Program-made: the position numbers and the translations under genes
IMG/VR virus record: IMGVR_UViG_3300048579_000414
Span: 1 to 42,166 of that record
DNA: 42,166 nt
Source of the DNA: a virus
Lineage: Duplodnaviria > Caudoviricetes
Strand: one strand, 5' to 3'
Shown: in pieces, positions 33,088 through 41,062 of the stretch
How the letters are laid out: each line of letters begins with the position of its first letter
Position numbering within the stretch: the stretch's first letter is position 1
The notes under the pieces: model-generated
What the model was told of the DNA's origin: nothing
What the model saw: the letters and a program-made list of their open reading frames with translations, nothing else
Databases searched by the model: none

Positions 33088-33099
33088 CGGGCGCGCGCC

Positions 33100-33426
33100 A
33101 TGCACACGTCTACACGCTCTGCCCTGGTGCTCAGCATCCGGGGCCGCATCACCAGCAGCACCTGCCGCGTCACGCGCCAGGGCGTGCCGGTGGTGGAGCT
33201 GGAGATTGCCGACGTGCCCAGCGGCCAAACGGTGCACATCACCCACCGCTACCCCGACGCCAGCTTTGCCAGCAGCGCCGCCGCCCGCGCCCTGGCCAAC
33301 CGCATGCGCGGCCAGCACGCCGAGCTGCAGGCCATCAACCCCCGCTTCAAGGCGAGCCGCCTGGAGTGCGAGGCCGACCTGATCAACACCCCCGAGCCCA
33401 CCCAAACCCGCAAGGACTTTGAATGA
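33100..33426 (+). CDS. Hypothetical protein, possibly OB-fold/SSB-like
   Basis: Beta-rich I.G.I...R.T..G.PV..L pattern; coupled to the next gene. Confidence 0.5.
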   Translation: MHTSTRSALVLSIRGRITSSTCRVTRQGVPVVELEIADVPSGQTVHITHRYPDASFASSAAARALANRMRGQHAELQAINPRFKASRLECEADLINTPEPTQTRKDFE

Positions 33427-34103
33427 ACCCCTACCCCACCGTCATCGGCCTCACCGGCCCCATTGGCAGCGGCAAAGACACCGTGGCCGCGCTGCTGCGC
33501 ACGCACTGCGGCGCCCACACCTTCGCGTTTGCCGATGCGCTGCGCCACGAGATTGTTGAGGCGTTCTGCATCGAGCACATCTACCTGACGCGCCGCGAGA
33601 CCAAAGAACACCCCATGAGCGCCCTGGCCCTGAGCCGCTGCCTTGACAGCGCCTTTGTAGACCGCATGGTGGTGCACCACATCACCCACGGCGGCGAGCG
33701 GCTCGACCTGACCGCCCCCCGCAGCCCGCGCCAGATCATGCAGTGGTGGGGCACCGAATACCGCCGCGCCCAAAAGCCCGGCTACTGGACGCAAAAGGCC
33801 CTGCAAACCGTGCGCTGGCTTGACCAGACCACGCGGCCCAGCCTGGTCGTGATCTCTGACGTGCGCTTTGCCGACGAGGCCCAGCTGGTGCGCAGCCTGG
33901 GCGGCTGGATCTGGCAGGTCAAGCGCACCGGCACCGAGGTAGCCACCGGCGCCCATGTGAGCGAAGTGGCCGGCGACGAGTTCACCCCCGACGCCGTCAT
34001 CAACAACCACCACGACATGCGCCACTTGCAAGGCGTGGTGCTGAGCGCCTGGGCCGAGCGCGCGTGGGGCATGCCTGGGGTGCGGGTGGAGGTGCCAGCA
34101 TGA
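33423..34103 (+). CDS. Deoxynucleoside monophosphate kinase
   Basis: IGLTG..GSGKDT, FADALR, SPRQIMQWWGTE, VISDVRF.DE and H.SE motifs. Confidence 0.88.
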   Translation: MNPYPTVIGLTGPIGSGKDTVAALLRTHCGAHTFAFADALRHEIVEAFCIEHIYLTRRETKEHPMSALALSRCLDSAFVDRMVVHHITHGGERLDLTAPRSPRQIMQWWGTEYRRAQKPGYWTQKALQTVRWLDQTTRPSLVVISDVRFADEAQLVRSLGGWIWQVKRTGTEVATGAHVSEVAGDEFTPDAVINNHHDMRHLQGVVLSAWAERAWGMPGVRVEVPA

Positions 34104-34387
34104 CCCGCCAGCCAAAGTACCTCACCCAGGCGCAGGCGCCCAAGCACCACAAGTCCATCCTGGTGCACGGCCCCCAAGGCAGCGGCAAGACCCTGAACGC
34201 CGAAGCGCTGCGCAAACACTTCGACCTCTCGGCGGTGCTAGACGACTGGTATCCAGGCCAGCCCTGGCCCATGACCGACACCCTGGTGCTGACGCACTAC
34301 ACACCGCCGGACCACATCCGCCGCGCCATCCCCATCAAAACCGCCCTGGCCATGCTGCGCGACAACGCGCCGGGCTATCCCCTGTGA
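34100..34387 (+). CDS. Small P-loop protein
   Basis: SILVHGPQGSGKT...VLDDW.PG. Confidence 0.7.
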   Translation: MTRQPKYLTQAQAPKHHKSILVHGPQGSGKTLNAEALRKHFDLSAVLDDWYPGQPWPMTDTLVLTHYTPPDHIRRAIPIKTALAMLRDNAPGYPL

Positions 34388-34397
34388 GGAGCACAAC

Positions 34398-34619
34398 ATG
34401 CCCTACGTAAGCGTCCACGTTGACCTAGATGATTTTGACGACGAAGACCTGCAGCACGAGCTGGAGAGCCGCGGCTACCAAGTGGCAAAGAACGAGGGAC
34501 TTTCGATCACCGGAGACCTTGATCACGTCGAGCACCTGGCGTCGTGCGGGCTTCTCGCCGATGCGCGACACGCGGCTCTGAAGCTCGTCGGCTCTGCCAT
34601 TGGCCGCGCCATCCACTGA
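34398..34619 (+). CDS. Small acidic phage protein
   Basis: GAGGAG RBS; V.VDL.DFDDEDL..EL..RG. Confidence 0.7.
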   Translation: MPYVSVHVDLDDFDDEDLQHELESRGYQVAKNEGLSITGDLDHVEHLASCGLLADARHAALKLVGSAIGRAIH

Positions 34620-34638
34620 CCCACCCATGAGGCACCCC

Positions 34639-36783
34639 ATGGCAACCGAAGCACACGACACCGTTACCCAGGCCCTCCCCACCCCCGGCGCAGGCCCGCA
34701 AATGATGATGGTGGAGGTGGCCCTCATTGAAGAGAGCCCCTCCAACCCCCGCAAGACCTTCGACCCGCTCAAGCTGCAAGAGCTGGCCGAGAGCATCAAG
34801 GCCAGCGGCGTGCACCAGCCCATCCTGCTGCGCCCCCTGCCCGGCCACCGCGTGCCCGATACGTGGGGCTTTCGCCGCCAGGGCGCGCCCCTGCCCGCCT
34901 ACGAGCTGGTAGCAGGCGCCCGCCGCCTGCGTGCCTGCAAGATGGCCAGCGTGGCCGAAGTGCCCGCCATGATCCGCGAGCTGACGGACGAGCAGGCGCT
35001 GGAGATCCAGGTTATCGAGAACCTGCAGCGCGAAGACGTCACCGCGCTGGAAGAAGCCGAGGGCTACGAAGCCCTCATGCAGCACGGCCATGCCAATGCC
35101 GACCAGGTGGCCGCCAAAATCGGCAAGAGCCGCGCCTACGTGTACGCCCGCCTCAAGCTGCTGGACCTGTGCCAGCAGGCCCGCGAGGCACTGCGCGAAG
35201 GCAAGATCGACTTCAGCCGGGGCCTGCTGATCGCGCGCATTCCCGATGAAGGCCTGCAGATCAAGGCCTTGAAGTATTGCAGCGAGAGCAACTATTACGG
35301 CGAGCCCCGGGGCTACCGTGACTGCGCCCAGCATGTGCAGCAGAACTACATGCTCAAGCTGAGCAGCGCCAAGTTCAAGACCACCGACGCCACCCTCGTG
35401 CCCAAGGCTGGCAGCTGCAGGGAATGCCCCAAGCGCACCGGCGCCAACCCCGATCTGTTCCAGGACGTGGACGGTGCAGACGTGTGCACAGACCCCAAGT
35501 GCTACCACGCCAAGGAAGAGGCGCACAGCGCGGCCCAGAAGAAGGCCGCGCTGGAATCTGGCGCGCACATCATCGAAGGCCGCGAGGCCAAGGCCTTGAT
35601 GCCCAATGCGTGGAGCAGCGAGGTCAAGGGATACCTGCGCCTGGACGACAAGTGCGACAGCCCCACCGATAAGCCCCTGCGCAAGCTCATCGGCAAGGCC
35701 ATGGAACTGCAGGGCATCAAGCCCACCCTCGTGGCCAACCCCCACAAGGAAGGCGAGCTGGTGGCGGTCATCACCCCCGACCAGGCCGAGGTGCTGCTGA
35801 AGGCTGCGAACCAGGAAGAGGCCGCTGCCAAGCTCGAACAAGAGGCCCACCGCGATGCCGAGGCCGAGAAACGGCAAGCAGCCTCCGCAGCAAAAACCGC
35901 CTTCGAGGAGCAATGGCGCTGGGACTTGCTGACAACTGCCTGGGACCAGATCCGCAACGGCACCCACGAAGCACCCTCAGACGCGGTAATGCGCGGCATC
36001 GCCACCACCATGGCCAAAGGCCTCAACCAAGACCGCGCCAAGAAGCTGTGCAAGCTGCTCGACCTGGGCAAGGTTGCGCCCGTCGCTGGCGTGCTGCAGT
36101 ACATCGCAGACACCGATGCACCAGCCGACGCCCTGCAGCTGATGGTGATGTTCCAGGACGTGGAATACCGCCACTGGATCGCATCCAGCGAGGCCAACAC
36201 CGCCCTGCTGCAGGTGGCCCAGGACTACGGCGTCGATCTGGAAAAGGTCAAGGCTCAGACCAAAACCAACCAGCGCGCCGCCACCAAGGCCAAAACCGAC
36301 CGCGAAGCCGCTAAAACTGCTGCCCCGGAAGGCGCCTCTACCCCGCGCCCCGCTGCGCAGGCCAGCCCTACGCGCGGGAAGGGCAAAGCCCAAAAACCCA
36401 AGGCAGACCCGGCCGCGCCCAAAACCACCAAGGCCGAGGCATCCGCCGCCATCGCGGCTGCGCTGCGCGCCACCGAGGAACCAATCCAGGCGCCTGCGGC
36501 GCAGGGCATCGAAGCGCCCCCCGCTCCTACGGGCGGGGATGCGCCCGCGCCCGGTGGTGAGGGCGGTGCGGGCGCTGGGGATGGGGCAGCAGTGGAAACA
36601 GCCAAGGGCCTGAAGGTCGGCGACGTGGCCACCGTCAAGGCCACGGCCGCAAACGTCAAATGGCGCGGGCGCAAGGTCACTGTGCTCTCCGTGGGCAGCA
36701 CCATCAAGGTGCGCGAGGCGAACACCTCGCCAGCCAAGGCTGAGCGGTGCTCGTTCTTTGAAGATGACCTGGAGGTGGTGTGA
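34639..36783 (+). CDS. ParB/RepB/Spo0J N-terminal domain protein with long C-terminus
   Basis: NPRK.FD...ELA.SI...GV.QPILLR, ELVAG.RR.RA and ENLQRED...EEA motifs, HTH, C..CPKRTG; start could be 34600 or 34627. Confidence 0.88.
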   Translation: MATEAHDTVTQALPTPGAGPQMMMVEVALIEESPSNPRKTFDPLKLQELAESIKASGVHQPILLRPLPGHRVPDTWGFRRQGAPLPAYELVAGARRLRACKMASVAEVPAMIRELTDEQALEIQVIENLQREDVTALEEAEGYEALMQHGHANADQVAAKIGKSRAYVYARLKLLDLCQQAREALREGKIDFSRGLLIARIPDEGLQIKALKYCSESNYYGEPRGYRDCAQHVQQNYMLKLSSAKFKTTDATLVPKAGSCRECPKRTGANPDLFQDVDGADVCTDPKCYHAKEEAHSAAQKKAALESGAHIIEGREAKALMPNAWSSEVKGYLRLDDKCDSPTDKPLRKLIGKAMELQGIKPTLVANPHKEGELVAVITPDQAEVLLKAANQEEAAAKLEQEAHRDAEAEKRQAASAAKTAFEEQWRWDLLTTAWDQIRNGTHEAPSDAVMRGIATTMAKGLNQDRAKKLCKLLDLGKVAPVAGVLQYIADTDAPADALQLMVMFQDVEYRHWIASSEANTALLQVAQDYGVDLEKVKAQTKTNQRAATKAKTDREAAKTAAPEGASTPRPAAQASPTRGKGKAQKPKADPAAPKTTKAEASAAIAAALRATEEPIQAPAAQGIEAPPAPTGGDAPAPGGEGGAGAGDGAAVETAKGLKVGDVATVKATAANVKWRGRKVTVLSVGSTIKVREANTSPAKAERCSFFEDDLEVV

Positions 36784-37061
36784 TGGATGCTGAAAAAATC
36801 ATTCAGCGGGCATTTGCAGAGAAGTTTGCCGACGAACGCGCCCACCGCATCGCTACCATCGCCGCCCAGGAACTCATCCAGAGCGAAGGCGAGCGCATCG
36901 ACGAGGTCGACACCTACCGCATCCCATCGTGCCAGGTGGACGAGCACACGCTCGACTGCATCCAGCACCTGTGCTGGGTAGGCGAGGCCGTGAGCCACGA
37001 GACGCCCGACGGCTACGTCATGGTGCAACTGGGTGATTTCACGCTGGGGAGCCTTGCATGA
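36780..37061 (+). CDS. Hypothetical phage protein
   Basis: GGAGGTGG RBS; coupled. Confidence 0.65.
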   Translation: MMDAEKIIQRAFAEKFADERAHRIATIAAQELIQSEGERIDEVDTYRIPSCQVDEHTLDCIQHLCWVGEAVSHETPDGYVMVQLGDFTLGSLA

Positions 37062-37303
37062 TCCGCCCCCACGCACCCCTCCCAAGCACCATGACCGCGC
37101 CAAAGTGCCCGGTCTGCACAACCCCCGCGCGCTGCAAGACTGTGGCACTCGGTGTGAAGGGCCAAGCCTGCGCTGGCCGCGCAAATGGCCCTGACGACTG
37201 CGATTGCCTCAACGAGTGCGGTGATGACCCGTGGCTCGGGATCGGCAAGAGCATCCCATGCAAAGCCCGCCAGCAAGAGCTGGCACAGAAAGGAGCCGCG
37301 TAA
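37058..37303 (+). CDS. Small Cys-rich protein
   Basis: Coupled; C..C and CDC.NECGDDP motifs. Confidence 0.55.
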   Translation: MIRPHAPLPSTMTAPKCPVCTTPARCKTVALGVKGQACAGRANGPDDCDCLNECGDDPWLGIGKSIPCKARQQELAQKGAA

Positions 37304-37809
37304 TGGCCCTCCCCCGCTTCCGCCCCCCCCCACCGCGCCAAAAGCCCTACGTGGACACCATGGGCAAGGCCCTGTTCCGCGCCGCCCGGCTAAGCCAGTC
37401 CGAAATCGCCAGCACCATCGGCCCGGCCCGCGAATGCTTCACGCGCCTGCGCGAAGGCGTGGCCACCGAAGACCAGCACACGGTGCTGTACACCATCCTG
37501 CGCATCGCCCAGGGCATCGAAGAGAGCGGCATCGTGCGCGGCCTGCATGAGCACATCGCCAGCGCCCTGCAGGCCATGGACGCCATCCGCGCCCGCGCCC
37601 TCGCCTCGGGCGCATGGCGCCCCACGGCGCTCCACTACTACGAACTCGACGCCATCCACGTCATGCTGGATCTGCACGAGTACCAGCTTCGCCAGCTCAG
37701 TGCCGGCGAACTGACCGCCATTGCCCGCAAGCTGATCGCCCGCACGCAAAGCAGCGGCGGCACGCTGGTGCGCACGTCTGCACAAAACATCGGCCTGCAG
37801 GCCGCGTGA
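37303..37809 (+). CDS. Hypothetical phage protein
   Basis: TAATG coupling, AAGGAG RBS; LREG.AT...EL.AI...LDLH..QL..LS..E. Confidence 0.7.
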   Translation: MALPRFRPPPPRQKPYVDTMGKALFRAARLSQSEIASTIGPARECFTRLREGVATEDQHTVLYTILRIAQGIEESGIVRGLHEHIASALQAMDAIRARALASGAWRPTALHYYELDAIHVMLDLHEYQLRQLSAGELTAIARKLIARTQSSGGTLVRTSAQNIGLQAA

Positions 37810-37816
37810 GAACCCC

Positions 37817-38056
37817 ATGACTGAAGCCAGCCTACTCACACAAGTCCTGGTCGCCGAAAAATACGGCCCGCGCCTTGGCACCGACCAGCTCGCCACGGTG
37901 CTGGGCATCACGCGCGGCGCGGTGCTCAATCAGATCAGCGACGGGAAATTCGGCATCCCCACGTACATCGACGGCGGCAAGCGCTGGGCAGACTACCGCG
38001 ACGTGGCCGCCTACATCGACCACTGCCGCGCCCAGGCCATGCGCCAGGCGGCATGA
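37817..38056 (+). CDS. Excisionase / PrtN-like HTH protein
   Basis: Small wHTH (EKYGPRL...LA.VL...V.NQIS...F.IPTY...RDVA.YID) converging on int. Confidence 0.75.
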   Translation: MTEASLLTQVLVAEKYGPRLGTDQLATVLGITRGAVLNQISDGKFGIPTYIDGGKRWADYRDVAAYIDHCRAQAMRQAA

Positions 38057-38073
38057 TGGCCACCCCCCTCGCC

Positions 38074-39117
38074 CTACTCGTCCGCTGTACCGGCCGCCCG
38101 CTGGTGCAGCGACTCAGGCCTCAAGTTCGTGTACCGCTTGAGGTGCGCCCAGCTTTTGTGCCCCGTCACCAGGGCCACTTCCTGCACGGCAAAACCATCC
38201 TCGAACAGGCGGCTGGTGCCCTCATGCCGCAGGTCGTGGAAGTGCAGATCCGCAATGCCCAGCGCATCGCACGCGGCCTTGAAGTATTTGCTCAGCGTTT
38301 GCGGGTGCACGGGGAAGATGCGGCCCTCACCCTCGGTGCGCGGCTGGCGGTCAATGATGGCCAGGGCATCGCCCAGCAGCGGTATCCACTGGTCGTTCCC
38401 TTTTTTCGCGCGCGGGTCTTTGCGGTCGCGCACCAGCACCAGCTTCTTAGCGCGATCCACATCGGCATGCTGTAGCGCCACAATCTCGCCCCGGCGCATG
38501 GCCGTGGCCACGGCAAAGCGGGCGGCATCTGCGTACACCGGCCCGAAGTCATGCTCCAGCCGGGCCAGCAGGTGGTGCAGCTCATCTTCGGTGGGGCGCC
38601 GTTCGCGCTTGCCACCCCCGCCAATCAGCCCCAGGTGTGACAGCAGTGGCCGCGCCTCAGCCACCACGTCGGGCACACGCACCTTGAGCGCCATGGCCGC
38701 ATAGCGCATGGCCGTGCCAAGCTTGCTCATCTCCATGTTGACGGTGTAGGGCCCCGCGCCATCCTCGGCCCGGCTGCGCGCGTAGCCCACCAGGTCATCG
38801 GGCGCCAGGCGCGTGGCATCCAGCGCGCCCAGCTCGCGCGCCAGGCGCTTGAGCTCGTAGTGTTCGTTGGACGTGTCCAGCACCGGGCGCGACCCATCGC
38901 GCAGGCGCCGGTACTCATCAATCAGCGCCCCCACCGTGAGCATGCGCCCCACCACCGCCGCCGCACGCGGTGTCTGGCCACGGTCTATATCGTTCTCGAT
39001 CTGCCGCGCCCACGCCTCTGCCTCGGCCTTGCTGCCGAAGGTCTTGCAATATGATGGGAACCCCTTGCGCCGCACCAGCGCTCGCCAGCGCTTGCCAATT
39101 TTGACGATGCTCGCCAT
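38074..39117 (-). CDS. int: Tyrosine integrase
   Basis: Catalytic residues TAMRRGEI (R), K, FHDLRHE (HxxR), TGH, RY; N-terminal arm-binding domain MASI.K.G.RWRA.VRRKG. Confidence 0.95.
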   Translation of the reverse strand: MASIVKIGKRWRALVRRKGFPSYCKTFGSKAEAEAWARQIENDIDRGQTPRAAAVVGRMLTVGALIDEYRRLRDGSRPVLDTSNEHYELKRLARELGALDATRLAPDDLVGYARSRAEDGAGPYTVNMEMSKLGTAMRYAAMALKVRVPDVVAEARPLLSHLGLIGGGGKRERRPTEDELHHLLARLEHDFGPVYADAARFAVATAMRRGEIVALQHADVDRAKKLVLVRDRKDPRAKKGNDQWIPLLGDALAIIDRQPRTEGEGRIFPVHPQTLSKYFKAACDALGIADLHFHDLRHEGTSRLFEDGFAVQEVALVTGHKSWAHLKRYTNLRPESLHQRAAGTADE

Positions 39118-39134
39118 TCGCCGCCCTTTGTGAG

Positions 39135-39173
39135 TGATACGTGTACCACTCCGTATCATTGGGCTAATGATAC
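39135..39173. repeat. TGATAC repeats / GTATCATT-N5-AATGATAC inverted repeat; candidate Int-binding att sites
   Basis: Three copies of the hexamer between int and the tRNA. Confidence 0.4.
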
Positions 39174-39238
39174 AGGGCCAAAACGGATGATTGCCAGCGC
39201 ATGCCGCGAGAGTGGTGCGAGTAGAATCGCAGGGGCCG

Positions 39239-39313
39239 CTCCTCGTAGTTCAATGGATAGAACGAGTGCCTCCTAAGCGCTAGATACAGGTTCGATTCCT
39301 GTCGAGGGGACCA
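39239..39313 (+). tRNA. tRNA-Arg(CCT)
   Basis: Cloverleaf: acceptor CTCCTCG/CGAGGGG, D arm GTTC/GAAC, anticodon loop CT-CCT-AA, T loop TTCGATT, encoded ACCA; TAGAAT at 39222-39227. Confidence 0.97.
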
Positions 39314-40371
39314 GGCACCTCAGCCGAGCAAGGCATCCAATGCCCTTGCGCCAAACGCTCCCAGGCGGCTTCCACGTGCGCAGGGCGCATCAGTTTTTTC
39401 TTGCGGGCATTCCACTGCTGCACGGCCGACAATGCCGCCTGTGGTGAATGCGCAGCGCCTTCTTGTTCAGCTACCCAGTGCACGGTGGACAGCAACTCCA
39501 TGCCATAGGGAGACTGGAAACCCTCAATCAAACGCCCCAGCCGCTCCAGCCGCTCCATGAGCACGGCATCACCTTGCTCAGCCAAAAATGTGTCGGCCTC
39601 TGCCAAAGCGTCCTGGATAGGTGCGAGTTCGGAATCCACCGAGCCATCCCCCAGCCCCACTATGAAATGCCCCTCCATCCGCTGAAGCGCGTGGCGCAGT
39701 TGATCGGAGTATGGGCCGTAGAGGTGCTTTTCAAAGCGGAGTCCCAAATTCTGACCGGCCACCTGAAGGAAGTACCCTAGTTTCTGGACTTCTATCTTGG
39801 TCAGGCCATAGTCCAGATCGCGGTAGGTCTCGATGGACTTCAAAATCGCAGCGCGCCCTGCAGTCATCTTGGGGCGGTGGGTGCGCACCACCATGTCTTT
39901 GGCAGCAGGGGCTGCCCCAGGCTCAAACAGGCGCACCTCCACGTCGGGCAGATCAGCAAAGGCCGCTTCAATCAACGGCTTTACATCGCGCCAGTCCAGC
40001 CCGCCATTGCCGCAGCCCAAAGGCGGCACCGCCAACGACCGAATGCCCAGCGCCCGCACCTGCGCCACCAAGTCCATCAAACCGTCCTCAATGAACGACA
40101 ACTGCGAGTTGCCCCGCCAATGGTCTTTGGTGGGAAAGTTGATGATGAAGTGCGGCTGGGCATACGCCCCGGCATCAAACACCATCATGCGGCCCGGCCG
40201 CACCTGGCCTGCCTTACAGGCGGCGTGGTAGGCCGCAAAGTTGGCGGGCCACTTGTTCTTGAACTGCAGCGCAATGCCCTTGCCCATGACACCCACGCAG
40301 TTGACCGTGTTGACTATGGCGTCAACATCGTCCTGCTTCAACAAATCGCCGTAAGTGGTGTGGATGGTCAT
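39280..40371 (-). CDS. darG: DarG antitoxin (macrodomain DNA ADP-ribosylhydrolase)
   Basis: GDLL, VNTVNCVGVMGKGIALQFK, IINFPTK.HWR and PPLGCGNGGLDW motifs; C-terminal YGPY and ELL.TVHWV. Confidence 0.95.
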   Translation of the reverse strand: MTIHTTYGDLLKQDDVDAIVNTVNCVGVMGKGIALQFKNKWPANFAAYHAACKAGQVRPGRMMVFDAGAYAQPHFIINFPTKDHWRGNSQLSFIEDGLMDLVAQVRALGIRSLAVPPLGCGNGGLDWRDVKPLIEAAFADLPDVEVRLFEPGAAPAAKDMVVRTHRPKMTAGRAAILKSIETYRDLDYGLTKIEVQKLGYFLQVAGQNLGLRFEKHLYGPYSDQLRHALQRMEGHFIVGLGDGSVDSELAPIQDALAEADTFLAEQGDAVLMERLERLGRLIEGFQSPYGMELLSTVHWVAEQEGAAHSPQAALSAVQQWNARKKKLMRPAHVEAAWERLAQGHWMPCSAEVPGPLDRNRTCI

Positions 40372-40373
40372 GG

Positions 40374-41056
40374 TTACTGGCCCAAAAAGTACCAGTCGGT
40401 CTTTACTTCAGCCCGCAATGGTACCCCTGCGGCATCCAAAATGGCCTGAACCGCCTGGGCCTGGAGGGCATTGCACACCCCCCGCGGGTGAATGCAGCCA
40501 GCGGAACCTGGCGATGAACCAAGAACTCGGCCATACGTAACTCTCTGCGCTGCACATACCGCTCGTTCTGGTGCTGGTTGTGGAAATACTTGCAAAACCC
40601 ATCGAGGGCAGGTGGTTCGGTGAGCAAATCCCACGCGATGGCCTGGGCCAGTTGCGCCACGTCGTTGTAGGCCTTGCTGTAGGCCAGCGTGGCGTTGCGG
40701 TCATAAAACACAAACGGAGTGCCGCCCGCTGTCACCCGGTCCACCGTGGTTTCCAGGTGCACGATGTCTTGCTGCCGCAGATCGCAGCCCACCACCTGAC
40801 CGTTGTGAATGGCACTGAGCATGGGCGAGCGCGGCGCAAAGTAGAACGGCACGTAGTCATGCACCGAGCCGCCCGGTGGCAAGGCCACCCGCTTGGCCGC
40901 CCGCACCCCTTGCGCACCTGCGTGGGCAATGTTCTGGTAGGCCACGCCCGCCGCCGCGCCCTGCGTTTTAGAGAGCAAGGCCCCCGCACGGCACAGCGCG
41001 GGCAGATTGCCGATGGCGGTGATGTGGAACAAGCGAACGGGTTGCGGCATGGGCAT
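40374..41056 (-). pseudogene. darT: DarT toxin (DUF4433 DNA ADP-ribosyltransferase), frameshifted near the 3' end
   Basis: FHIT...NL, YVPFYF.PRSPML, D.NA and AEFLV motifs in 40403-41056; the conserved WYF terminus is in another frame ending at 40374; break at C6 40478-40483. Confidence 0.85.
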
Positions 41057-41062
41057 GGCGTG

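Larger units (their letters stand above)
1..39238. mobile_element. Temperate siphovirus prophage (HK97-type head, lambdoid regulation); left end probably outside the window
   Basis: Syntenic lysis, tail, head, terminase, Q, replication, cII/cro/cI, early genes, xis and int modules ending next to a tRNA gene. Confidence 0.95.
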
